Assembly (NCBI GenBank): GCA_012295275.1
Contig: CM022670.1
Location: 12,028,001 to 12,092,000, forward strand
Direction: 5' to 3'
DNA length: 64,000 nt
Source of the DNA: Chrysomallon squamiferum
Taxonomy: Eukaryota; Animalia; Mollusca
This document shows positions 26,200 to 39,689 of the stretch, piece after piece (positions within the stretch are counted from its first letter, which is position 1; the number at the start of each line of letters is the position of its first letter). The notes beneath the pieces were generated by a model. That model saw only the letters and a list, made by a program, of their open reading frames with translations, searched no databases and was not told the DNA's origin. The position numbers and the translations under genes are program-made.

Positions 26200-28340
26200 G
26201 CTTCGATTATTCGGTATATATGTGATAAAATAAAATAAAGTCAAGCCATTAAGGTGACAATGTACAGAATGTTGCAATCCGTAACTTCCTTACTGTTATT
26301 ATTGTTGGTGAGCATTGCACAACTTCGTCACATATGGAAGAGAGATAACTCTAATTGATGTGTTTCGCATCTCTATCAATTATCACAACCGGCTGAGTCG
26401 CCTAATACGTTTTTTTTTTGTTTGTTTATGTGAAGAAACACTCTAAATATTATTATTATTATTATTTTTTTTTTGTCCATTGTTTCTGTAATGTTTCTTC
26501 TGGTGTTGTGAGAAAAACAATTCGGGTATCAGACCACAAGAACGGGATGTCAAGTCTTTTATAAGAGTTTTGTTTATATACCATACTTTGTTCCAAGTCA
26601 TTAAACCCGGTCCCATCAAGTAGATTTTAATACTTTTGCCTATGATTTTATCATATAAAATATACAATATTTTATTCTTTATTCTGTAAAGCATGTTTTT
26701 AGTCTCGTGACTGAGACGTTTTTGTCGCTGACAAAATTAACTATTATTTGTAGAAAGAAATTGTAATTGAAATACTATTAATCAAAATTAAACTGAACTA
26801 AACTTGAATAAATAAATACATCTATTACCTCTTAATTAAGTAATGCTTGTAAACATTGCTTCAGAATCATGGATTTAAATTTTTCATTTTCATTTTTTTT
26901 TAAAATACACTCTTATTATTTTATTTTAATAAATTAACATATATATATATATATATATATATTGCATTGCCTAAAAATGTACAAAGTTAAGGAGACTGAA
27001 TTTGAGACAGTTATAAATTTATTATTATTATTATATATTTTTTTAAATCAAACCAATTTAAAAATTGGTCGCACTTCATAGATATTTTTCAATGAATGCT
27101 TAGTACACTATGAAATATTTTAATTTACAAATCTTTAACATATATTAATAGCCTGTTTCTCTGGAGCAAATTATTTTTAAGCTGTATAAAGGTATTTTAA
27201 TTAATGATCGTCGTATGTTATAACAGTTAAACAAGCACTAATATTAATATTCAGACTTTATTTTCATTTCAGCAGCAGTAATAGTAACAGCAGCGTTGTC
27301 GTGACATTAACAGTAGCGGCTGCAGTAGTATTATTACATTATGTATAATATAGTTATTAAAATAGAGTAGTGGCTTCTAGATGCAGTAGTATTAGCTAGG
27401 TGTAGTATAATGGCGTGGTAGTAGTAATAATAGTTATATATAGTATTTAAACAGAAATGAAGAACGTGATCGTCAGAGATATAATAAAGGCTGGTTTACT
27501 GCTAGCGTTGTTTTATCTCACAGCAAGACAAAGAAACTTTAATGCTTGGTAACAAATACAGCTGATATGGATACAGTTTGTATGCTTATATTATTAATTG
27601 TTAATAAAACATAAAACTAAAATCTAAGCTTATAATATTTATTGCACAGTAGGTGGACATATATGTAGTAAGTGTTTTATTTCAACCTCATTGCAGTTTG
27701 CAAGAGATTTGTTTTAGTTTATGACAGACAGAAACATATTAATTTGAGCAGACAAATATAATTAAATCCTAATTTTTATTGAAATTATGTCATAGTATAA
27801 CTTTGGGAAAACAAGCTATGTCAATACTAAAACTAAAATACAGTTATACATATTAAGACATTCTAACAGGACAAATCCATGTTCAGCTGGAAGTTACATT
27901 CAGTTTAATTTTAGGATAAATCAATGTTACATTCAGTTTAGTTTTAGGATAGTCGATGTTATATTCAGTTAAGTTTTTCATTTGAAACCATGTATATTCA
28001 GACAACTGTTATTCAAATAACAGAAAGACAACCTGTTATTTTTCACTGAATAAATATGATTAATAATACGAGTAACTTTAATAAAACAATGAACATATAT
28101 GTACAATGATCAACTATCAGCTGGTTGGTCTAAAATTTAGATTTTATCACTATATCTAAACCAGCATTCAATCATCTCTCACAGAATGCTTTTTAAAACA
28201 AGAAAAAACAACTGTAAAATAAAGTGAAAATCCTACAACAGTGTTAGATCTTTTATATCTATTATCCTGACACGGGCTTATGTAAAACACAGGATTAAGC
28301 TCAAAAACAGTTTTGACATAAGTTGCAAATCTCAGACGTC

Positions 28341-29119
28341 TTATTGTTTTTTATCATTCAGTGGCTGTTCCTCAAGATAAAGTTTATTTCGAACCTCTGT
28401 AATAATTTCTCCCAGCAGATTCTTTCCTTTCCATTTACTAGGGTCTTTGGGATCAGGTGCCTTCATTTTCAGACCAATGCCCCAAATCCTGTCACGAGGA
28501 TTACATTCCACAAAACGTTTGGGGTACGTTTCAAGTAAGCTTTTCTTTAGATGTGGATTTTGTAAAAACTGAAATCAAGTACAGAAAGAAAGAAATATTT
28601 TAATGCCTGAAAAGAGAAGTGATATACAAGAATAATATAAAATGAAAATAAATTAATAGTAATAATATATCTGTATTTAAAATGGAATTTCAATTTTTTT
28701 TAATTACACCTAATAAACATTAATGTTAATATGTAAATATATTTTTTAAATGTATTAAATATTACATTATATTGATTTGCTGGATCCTTTAATTTCTAAA
28801 AAATACTCAGTTTTATATTTTTGACGGTCTGTTGTATTGTAAATATGTATTTGTGCTATGTTTATTTGTGTGTGTTTATATGAATTATTGATAATTTAAA
28901 AAGACTGTTTAATTTGTGAAATCTACAACCTTTTCTTCAGTTGCACGTTTTACAACGTCCCGAGCTTTTTCCATCCAAATGTCCATGTCAAAGTTTCTAA
29001 CTTGTCTTCCAAGATATTTTTGAATTCCTGGTTCAGTAGCTTTAAGAATTTTTTGTTTTATTTCTTCGTCATGGAATGTAACTGCAATGAGCTATCATAA
29101 TGTATTATGTGCGTTTGTG

Positions 29120-29150
<31 letters not shown>

Positions 29151-29160
29151 GTAACAATAA

Positions 29161-29191
<31 letters not shown>

Positions 29192-31019
29192 ATATAAATA
29201 AATTGTAATAGTTTTCTTTTATTCCTTTCTCTTAAGAATTCAAAAAAAAAAAATAATAATAATAATAATAATAATAATGAAAAATTAAATAATAAAAAAA
29301 TAAATAAAATAAAATAAAATAAAATAAAATAAACAATAATAAAATAAAATGTGGTAGGTCTATCTATAAAAATCTATAACCTAGATTTTCATCTGGTTAA
29401 GCTTGTCTTACAAATGTCAAAAATGAATAAATACAATGTAAGCAAAAAATAAAGTTACAAAATAACATTTCTGCAACTAAATATAACACAGTAACAGTGA
29501 TTGTTACGTTAACTGTAACGTCATGTGATACGGGCCGGTTCCGCAATGCGGTTATTTCGAGTTATGTCCCTTGATTTGTTGTTAGATGCCGCTGCCCTTC
29601 CGGGTAGTAAAAACCAGATCGGCTAGTGCGAAAAACACAGCACGACGAAGCAAACTTTTATCAACAAAACATACTCTAAATACCCGCGACATAAGCCTGT
29701 TGACACGTCGATAACTGACCAGAATATCTCCACTCGTTACTGATTGATTGCAGAGCCAGAGGTAGGATTTCATTACGAAACCATTAAATTATTTATCCGA
29801 CATACTCTGTACGTAAACAGACTCAAACAGTTAGAAACTAACAAAGACCTTTAACTTTACCCAGCGTGTCGGATGTGGTCACCTTGTCCTGTTACCTGTG
29901 GCACAGGTATAAGGTCATGTATACTGTTTGGCAGGAACCATGCATTAGCGATATGTGGCAAGATAGATATGTTTAATTAATTATGACAGTCTAGGGAATA
30001 TATATGTATGTATTTGTTATTGTGATGTCATATTTTCCAGCCTTGTTGTATTTAAATTTATTGATTTGATTGTTTCAGGGTTTTAAACATACATTGTGTG
30101 TGATGTCAAATAAAAAGCCATTGTCCAGAAATTACAGCTGTTTGTCGTCTTTTTGAAAAAAACTCAAATACTGTTACATATATTATAAATTCTAAACACA
30201 ACACACAGATATATAATACATGTACATAAGAATAATCAACTGTATGACTGGTACAACATCCCATTCCGATTTCAGTAACATGTTTTTAACAACTTTAATT
30301 ACATTTACTTAGGCTAGTAGTAATATAGATAGTCCAAGATCAGGTCACAGTCTACATTTCATTGTTTTCGTAGCGCTGCTGTAACCAGAAGATAATTAAT
30401 CACACAGTATCATGCAGCATCCAAGTGGCTGTTTACCTTCCTGCTCCCTGGATCGTAAAGGTTGCACTTGGACTAAGTCAAATGGTTTAGGGTCAAGAGT
30501 TCGAGGTGGAAAATCATAAGGAGTTACTACAACTGCAGCTCTGATTGGTGGTTATAGGTGACAGTGACTATTTTGTGCAAAGCAAGCGGTACCACCCGGA
30601 AGTGAGGAGGATTCGCGGAAATATGTTTTACATTGCGGAACCGGCCCAATGTTAAAAGTAAATAAATACAAAGTAACTAACTATAACACAGTAACAATGA
30701 TTGTTCCATTAACTGGAAAACAAAAAGAAGTCATAGACGACTTACCTGCTTTCATGTACATCATGTATTGCTCAGCACAATTAAACGTGATGCCGTCGAT
30801 TTCAAATTCAGCTGGATAATGCTGACTGAAAGGCGATTCTTTATGAAAAAGTAAAATATATTCTTCTTTAAATTCAGATTTTGAATGATCCTGGTTTCGT
30901 TTACGATCATGTTTTGGTTCGTCTGCGAACTCCGATTTTCTACGCGATGTCGGTTTCTGATTTTGGTTTCGGTTTCCGTGCTTATAGTGATTATGAAATA
31001 TCCAGTTATTTGGATCCAT
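28341..31019 (-). CDS. NADAR gene 4 (single domain; duplicate of gene 2)
   Basis: Exons 31019-30746, 29081-28930 and 28568-28341, GT-AG and in frame. Exon 1 has a 33-bp in-frame deletion relative to gene 2, and the same TIR element sits in intron 1. Confidence 0.88.
29532..30647. mobile_element. Same TIR element, short copy lacking ~1.45 kb of interior
   Basis: Perfect 17-bp TIRs GGGCCGGTTCCGCAATG and the same flanks as the 18019 copy. The segment ~18401-19850 is absent. Confidence 0.78.
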
Positions 31020-32125
31020 GCTTCGGATATTCGGAATATATGTCATAAAATAAAATGAAATAAAGCCATTAAGGTGACAATGTATAGAATGTTGCAATCC
31101 TTAACTTCTTGACTTTTCTTATTGTTGTTGAGCATTGCACAACTCCGTGGCATATGGAAGAAAGATAACTCCAGTTGAAGTGTTTCGCAACGTTGTCAAC
31201 ATATCACAACCGACTGAGTCGCCTAATTTGATCATCTTTGTTTATGCAAGGAAACACTCATACTCCAAAGATATTAATTTTTAAAATTGTTTAAAATTAT
31301 TATTATTATTATTTACTTTATCTTCCTCGATTCCATAATGTTTCTTCAGGTGTTGTGTGAAAAACAATTCGGGTATCAGACCACAGAGGTCACGATGTCA
31401 ACTAATTTATAAGAGTTTTGTTTTTATATCTTTTCATTGTTTGTTACAAACCATATTTGTTGGCTCAAAAATAAAAGTAATATCATGTAGGTTTAAACAT
31501 TTTTATTAATTTTTTTATTGTTATTATTATTAGTTTTTTTTCACTTCAATCAAGTACACTTTAATACTTCTTGCCAGTCATTTTATTCTTTGTAACGTAA
31601 AATATACTATTGTTATTATTTTGTTCTTGTTGGTTTTGTTGATTTCTTTCTTAATTCTATTACTGTTATTATAATGTTATTGTTATTATTATTATATTTT
31701 TATTCAAACACACACACATGATTACTTATATTAAAACATTCTAACAGGATTTTCATATCTGTTTCAAACATCTGTAATAGTTCAAATGAAAGAAAGACAA
31801 ACTGATATTTTTCACTGAATAAATGTGATCAACAATATCAGTAACATTAATAAAACAATGAACATATATGTACAATGATCAATTATCAGCTGGTTGTTCT
31901 AAAGTTTAGATTTTATTATATATCTAAATCAGCATTCAATCATTTCTCACTGAATGCTTTTTAAAACCAGAAAAAACAACTGTAAAATAAAATGAAAATC
32001 CTACAACAGTGTTAAATCTTTGATATCTATTATCCTGACACGGGTTTATGTAAAACACAGGATTATGTAAAACACAGGATCAAGCTCAAAAACAGTTTTG
32101 ACATCATTTGCAAATCACAGACGTC

Positions 32126-34534
32126 TTATTGCTTTTTATCATTCAATGGCTGTTCCTCAAGATAAAGTTTATTTCGAACCTCTGTAATAATTTTTCCCAG
32201 CAGATTCTTTCCTTTCCATTTACTAGGGTCTTTGGCTTCAGGTGCCTTCATTTTCAGACCAATACCCCAAATCCTGTCATGAGGATTACATTCCACAAAG
32301 ATTTTGGGGTACGTTTCAAGCAATATTTTCTTTAGCTCTGAATTTTGTAAAAACTGAAATCAAATTCAAAAAGAAAGAAATATCTGAATGTCTCATAACA
32401 GAAGAAAGAAAAAACTACTACTACTAAATGAAATTCAAAAGTTTTTAATTACATCTGATAAAGATTAAAGTTATTATACATATAAAACACAATTTTAAAT
32501 TTATTATATTATACTGATTTCCTGGATCCTTTTTTTTCTTCTATAAAAATACTCTGTTTTATTTTTTTGAAGGTCACTGTTGTATTGTAAATATATATTT
32601 GTGCTACAATTAGTTGCGTGTTTATGTTTTTATGAATTATTAATAATTTAATAACACTGTTTAATTTGTAAAATCTACAACCTTTTCTTCAGTTGCACGT
32701 TTTACAACATTCCGAGCTTTTTCCATCCAAATGTCCTCATCGAAGTTTCTAATTTGACTTCCAAGACGTGTTTGACTTCTTGGTTTAGTAGCCTTAAGAA
32801 TTTCTTGTTTATTTTCTTCATCATGGAATGTTACTGTAATTAGTCATCGTAATGCATTATGTACATGTGTTTGTTGTATGTATATGTGCATGTCTTTATA
32901 TATATATATACAGACATGTAATAAAAAAATATAAAGAGATAAATTATAATAGATTTCTTCTTTTCTTCCTTTCTATTATAAAAACAATTTAAAAAAATGG
33001 ACTTGTAGATCTATAAAACACTACTCCGCCTATACAAGCAAATAGTTTGTAACATCGATTTTCATGTGGTTAAGTTTGCCATACAGTTATCAAAAAAAGA
33101 AAAGAAGAAAAAAAAAAACCAAAACCCGAAAAGAATAATAATAATAATAATAATAAATGAAAGTAAATAAAAATAAATAAATAAATAAATAAAATAATAA
33201 TAACACAAAGTAAGGAGAAAGTGAAGTAAAAATAATCTCTCTAGAATTATGTATAACACAGTAACAACGATTATTACATTAACTGTAATGCCATGATAAA
33301 GTAAAAGAAGTAATAGACGACTTACCTGCTTTCATGTACATTACATACTGCTCAGCACAATTAAACGTGATGCAGTCGATTTCAAATTGAGCTGGATGAT
33401 GCTGACTGAAAGGCGATTGTTTACCAAAAAACAAAATATATTCTTCTTTAACTTCAGATTTTGAATGATCTTCAGACTCTGCTTTAGTGTCTGAATGTAA
33501 AGCCGTCGCTTCTATGTTTTGCAATTTACTAGCTCCTGCTGAAAGAGTTGGTTTCTGATTTTGGTTATTTTTATCACCCATCTGGTCCGATTTATTTTCC
33601 ATTATTTCACATTTTCTTTCCTCATCATAAAGTTTATTTCGAACCTCTGTAATAATTTCTCCCAGCAGATTCTTTCCATTCCATTTACTACGGTCTCTGG
33701 CTTCAGGCGCCTGTTTACTCAGACCAATGCCCCAGATGCAGTCATGAGGATTACATTCCACAAAATGTTTGGGGTACGTTCTAAGTAATATTTTCTTTAG
33801 ATGTGGATTTTGTGAAAACTGAAATCAAATACAGAAACAAAGAAATATAACAGAAGTGATATACAAGAATAATAATAATTTAAAATTAAATAATAAATCT
33901 GTATATAAAATGAAAGGTCAAAAGAAATAAATTACATCTGATAAACATTCATGTTTTATATATATAAGACAGAATTTTAAATTTATTAAATATTGCATAA
34001 TATTGGTTTGCTGGTCATTTTTTATCTTTCATAAAAATATTCTGTTTTATATCTTTGATGCTGTATTGTAAATCTATATTTGTGGTAGAATTAGTTGCGT
34101 GTTTATGTTTAGATGAATTATTAATAATTTAAAAAGACTGTTTAATTTGTGAAATCTACAACCTTTTCTTCAGTTGCACGTTTTACAACATCCCGAGCTT
34201 TTTCCATCCAAATGTCCATGTCAAAGTTTCTAACTTGTCTTCCAAGACGTTTTTGAATTCCTGGTTCAGTAGCTTCGAGAATTTCTTGTTTTATTTCTTC
34301 GTCATGGAATGTAACTGTAATTAGTCATCGTAATGCATTATGTATATGTGTTTGTTTATATATATATATATCATAAATACAAAATAAATAAATAGATAAA
34401 TTATAGTAGATTCCTTTTCTTCCTTTTTATAACAAAATCAAATTAAAACAAAAACAAAAAAATTGTATAGCTATAAAACACAACTCAGACTATACAGTCC
34501 AAGAGTTTGTAACATCGATTTTCATGTGGTTAAG

Positions 34535-34621
<87 letters not shown>

Positions 34622-37124
34622 AATAAATAAATAATAATACAAAGTAAGGAGAAAGAGAACAAAAAATAACATTTCTAGAATTAAGTATAACACAATAACA
34701 ACGATTATTACATTAACTGTAATGCCATGATAAAGTAAAAGAAGTAATAGACGACTTACCTGCTTTCATGTACATCATATACTGCTCAGCACAATTAAAT
34801 CTGATGCCGTCGATTTCAAATTGAGCTGGATGATGCTGACTGAAAGGCGATTCTTTACCAAAAAACAAAATATATTCTTCTTTAACTTCAGATTTTTCAC
34901 ATTTTGTGTCCTCTTCATAAAGTTTATTTCGAACCTCTGTAATAATTTCTCCCAGCAGATTCTTTCCATTCCATTTACTACGGTCTCTGGCTTCAGGCGC
35001 CTGTTTACTCAGACCAATGCCCCAGATGCAGTCATGAGGATTACATTCCACAAAATGTTTGGGGTACGTTCTAAGTAATATTTTTCTTTAGATGTGGATT
35101 TTGTGAAAACTGAAATCAAATACAGAAACAAAGAAATATAACAGAAGTGATATACAAGAATAATAATAATTTAAAATTAAATAATAAATCTGTATATAAA
35201 ATGAAAGGTCAAAAGAAATAAATTACATCTGATAAACATTCATGTTTTATATATATAAGACAGAATTTTAAATTTATTAAATATTGCATAATATTGGTTT
35301 TGCTGGTCATTTTTTATCTTTCATAAAAATATTCTGTTTTATATCTTTGATGCTGTATTGTAAATCTATATTTGTGGTAGAATTAGTTGCGTGTTTATGT
35401 TTAGATGAATTATTAATAATTTAAAAGACTGTTTAATTTGTGAAATCTACAACCTTTTCTTCAGTTGCACGTTTTACAACATCCCGAGCTTTTTCCATCC
35501 AAATGTCCATGTCAAAGTTTCTAACTTGTCTTCCAAGACGTTTTTGAATTCCTGGTTCAGTAGCTTCGAGAATTTCTTGTTTTATTTCTTCGTCATGGAA
35601 TGTAACTGTAATTAGTCATCGTAATGCATTATGTATATGTGTTTGTTTCTATATATATATCATAAATACAAAATAAATAAATAGATAAATTATAATAGTT
35701 TCCTTTTCTTCCTTTTTATAACAAAATCAATTTAAAAAAAAAAAAAAAAAAATTTATAGCTATAAAACACAACTCAGACTATACAGTCCAAGAGTTTGTA
35801 ACATCGATTTTCAGGTGGTTAAGAAAAAAAAAAAAAAAAAAAAAATAAATAAATAAATAATAATAATACGAAAAAAACAAACAAATAAAATAAAATAAAA
35901 ATAAATAAATAAATAAATAATAATACAAAGTAAGGAGAAAGAGAACAAAAAATAACATTTCTAGAATTAAGTATAACACAATAACAACGATTATTACATT
36001 AACTGTAATGCCATGATAAAGTAAAAGAAGTAATAGACGACTTACCTGCTTTCATGTACATCATATACTGCTCAGCACAATTAAATCTGATGCCGTCGAT
36101 TTCAAATTGAGCTGGATGATGCTGACTGAAAGGCGATTCTTTACCAAAAAACAAAATATATTCTTCTTTAACTTCAGATTTTTCACATTTTGTGTCCTCT
36201 TCATAAAGTTTATTTCGAACCTCTGTAATAATTTCTCCCAGCAGATTCTTTCCATTCCATTTACTACGGTCTCTGGCTTCAGGCGCCTGTTTACTCAGAC
36301 CAATGCCCCAGATGCAGTCATGAGGATTACATTCCACAAAATGTTTGGGGTACGTTCTAAGTAATATTTTCTTTAGATGTGGATTTTGTGAAAACTGAAA
36401 TCAAATACAGAAACAAAGAAATATAACAGAAGTGATATACAAGAATAATAATAATTTAAAATTAAATAATAAATCTGTATATAAAATGAAAGGTCAAAAG
36501 AAATAAATTACATCTGATAAACATTCATGTTTTATATATATAAGACAGAATTTTAAATTTATTAAATATTGCATAATATTGGTTTGCTGGTCATTTTTTA
36601 TCTTTCATAAAAATATTCTGTTTTATATCTTTGATGCTGTATTGTAAATCTATATTTGTGGTAGAATTAGTTGCGTGTTTATGTTTAGATGAATTATTAA
36701 TAATTTAAAAAGACTGTTTAATTTGTGAAATCTACAACCTTTTCTTCAGTTGCACGTTTTACAACATCCCGAGCTTTTTCCATCCAAATGTCCATGTCAA
36801 AGTTTCTAACTTGTCTTCCAAGACGTTTTTGAATTCCTGGTTCAGTAGCTTCGAGAATTTCTTGTTTTATTTCTTCGTCATGGAATGTAACTGTAATTAG
36901 TCATCGTAATGCATTATGTATATGTGTTTGTTTATATATATATATATCATAAATACAAAATAAATAAATAGATAAATTATAGTAGATTCCTTTTCTTCCT
37001 TTTTATAACAAAATCAAATTAAAACAAAAACAAAAAAATTGTATAGCTATAAAACACAACTCAGACTATACAGTCGAAGAGTTTGTAACATCCATTTTCC
37101 TGTGGTTAAGAAAAACAAAAAACA

Positions 37125-37159
<35 letters not shown>

Positions 37160-39653
37160 GAAAAAAAAACAAATTAAATAAAATTAAAATAAATAAATAA
37201 ATAATAATACAAAGTAAGGAGAAAGAGAACAAAAAATAACATTTCTAGAATTAAGTATAACACAATAACAACGATTATTACATTAACTGTAATGCCATGA
37301 TAAAGTAAAAGAAGTAATAGACGACTTACCTGCTTTCATGTACATCATATACTGCTCAGCACAATTAAATCTGATGCCGTCGATTTCAAATTGAGCTGGA
37401 TGATGCTGACTGAAAGGCGATTCTTTACCAAAAAACAAAATATATTCTTCTTTAACTTCAGATTTTTCACATTTTGTGTCCTCTTCATAAAGTTTATTTC
37501 GAACCTCTGTAATAATTTCTCCCAGCAGATTCTTTCCATTCCATTTACTACGGTCTCTGGCTTCAGGCGCCTGTTTACTCAGACCAATGCCCCAGATGCA
37601 GTCATGAGGATTACATTCCACAAAATGTTTGGGGTACGTTTCAAGTAATATTTTCTTTAGATGTGGATTTTGCGAAAACTGAAATCAAATACAGAAACAA
37701 AGAAATATAACAGAAGTGATATACAAGAATAATAATAATTTAAAATTAAATAATAAATCTGTATATAAAATGAAAGGTCAAAAGAAATAAATTACATCTG
37801 ATAAACATTCATGTTTTATATATATAAGACAGAATTTTAAATTTATTAAATATTGCATAATATTGGTTTGCTGGTCATTTTTTATCTTTCATAAAAATAT
37901 TCTGTTTTATATCTTTGATGCTGTATTGTAAATCTATATTTGTGGTAGAATTAGTTGCGTGTTTATGTTTAGATGAATTATTAATAATTTAAAAGACTGT
38001 TTAATTTGTGAAATCTACAACCTTTTTCTTCAGTTGCACGTTTTACAACATCCCGAGCTTTTTCCATCCAAATGTCCATGTCAAAGTTTCTAACTTGTCT
38101 TCCAAGACGTTTTTGAATTCCTGGTTCAGTAGCTTCGAGAATTTCTTGTTTTATTTCTTCGTCATGGAATGTAACTGTAATTAGTCATCGTAATGCATTA
38201 TGTATATGTGTTTGTTTATATATATATATATCATAAATACAAAATAAATAAATAGATAAATTATAGTAGATTCCTTTTCTTCCTTTTTATAACAAAATCA
38301 AATTAAAACAAAAACAAAAAAATTGTATAGCTATAAAACACAACTCAGACTATACAGTCCAAGAGTTTGTAACATCGATTTTCATGTGGTTAAGAAAAAA
38401 AAAAAAAAAAAAAAATAATACGAAAAAAACAAACAAATAAAATAAAATAAAAATAAATAAATAAATAAATAATAATACAAAGTAAGGAGAAAGAGAACAA
38501 AAAATAACATTTCTAGAATTAAGTATAACACAATAACAACGATTATTACATTAACTGTAATGCCATGATAAAGTAAAAGAAGTAATAGACGACTTACCTG
38601 CTTTCATGTACATCATATACTGCTCAGCACAATTAAATCTGATGCCGTCGATTTCAAATTGAGCTGGATGATGCTGACTGAAAGGCGATTCTTTACCAAA
38701 AAACAAAATATATTCTTCTTTAACTTCAGATTTTTCACATTTTGTGTCCTCTTCATAAAGTTTATTTCGAACCTCTGTAATAATTTCTCCCAGCAGATTC
38801 TTTCCATTCCATTTACTACGGTCTCTGGCTTCAGGCGCCTGTTTACTCAGACCAATGCCCCAGATGCAGTCATGAGGATTACATTCCACAAAATGTTTGG
38901 GGTACGTTCTAAGTAATATTTTCTTTAGATGTGGATTTTGTGAAAACTGAAATCAAATACAGAAACAAAGAAATATAACAGAAGTGATATACAAGAATAA
39001 TAATAATTTAAAATTAAATAATAAATCTGTATATAAAATGAAAGGTCAAAAGAAATAAATTACATCTGATAAACATTCATGTTTTATATATATAAGACAG
39101 AATTTTAAATTTATTAAATATTGCATAATATTGGTTTGCTGGTCATTTTTTATCTTTCATAAAAATATTCTGTTTTATATCTTTGATGCTGTATTGTAAA
39201 TCTATATTTGTGGTAGAATTAGTTGCGTGTTTATGTTTAGATGAATTATTAATAATTTAAAAAGACTGTTTAATTTGTGAAATCTACAACCTTTTCTTCA
39301 GTTGCACGTTTTACAACATCCCGAGCTTTTTCCATCCAAATGTCCATGTCAAAGTTTCTAACTTGTCTTCCAAGACGTTTTTGAATTCCTGGTTCAGTAG
39401 CTTCGAGAATTTCTTGTTTTATTTCTTCGTCATGGAATGTAACTGTAATTAGTCATCGTAATGCATTATGTATATGTGTTTGTTTCTATATATATATCAT
39501 AAATACAAAATAAATAAATAGATAAATTATAATAGTTTCCTTTTCTTCCTTTTTATAACAAAATCAATTTAAAAAAAAAAAAAAAATGTTATAGCTATAA
39601 AACACAACTCAGACTATACAGTCCAAGAGTTTGTAATATCGATTTTCATGTGG

Positions 39654-39689
<36 letters not shown>

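Larger units (their letters stand above)
16255..27663. repeat. Segmental duplication block A (genes 2+3), paired with block B ~27668-55863 (genes 4+5)
   Basis: 16255-22400 aligns by eye with 27668-32380, and 26150-27663 with 54425-55863. The junction is at ...GGACATATA|TGTAGTAAGTG. Confidence 0.85.

Noticed and set aside
34713-35051. The repeated 112-aa ORF as a stand-alone, circularly permuted NADAR protein
   Set aside because: It starts at GTG inside an exon and runs past a GT donor. The C-half-then-N-half order is explained by a fused internal exon of a multi-domain gene.
34821-35078. Recurring plus-strand 85-aa ORFs and alternative-frame 64-aa ORFs
   Set aside because: Antisense or off-frame shadows of NADAR exons; they recur only because the DNA is repeated.
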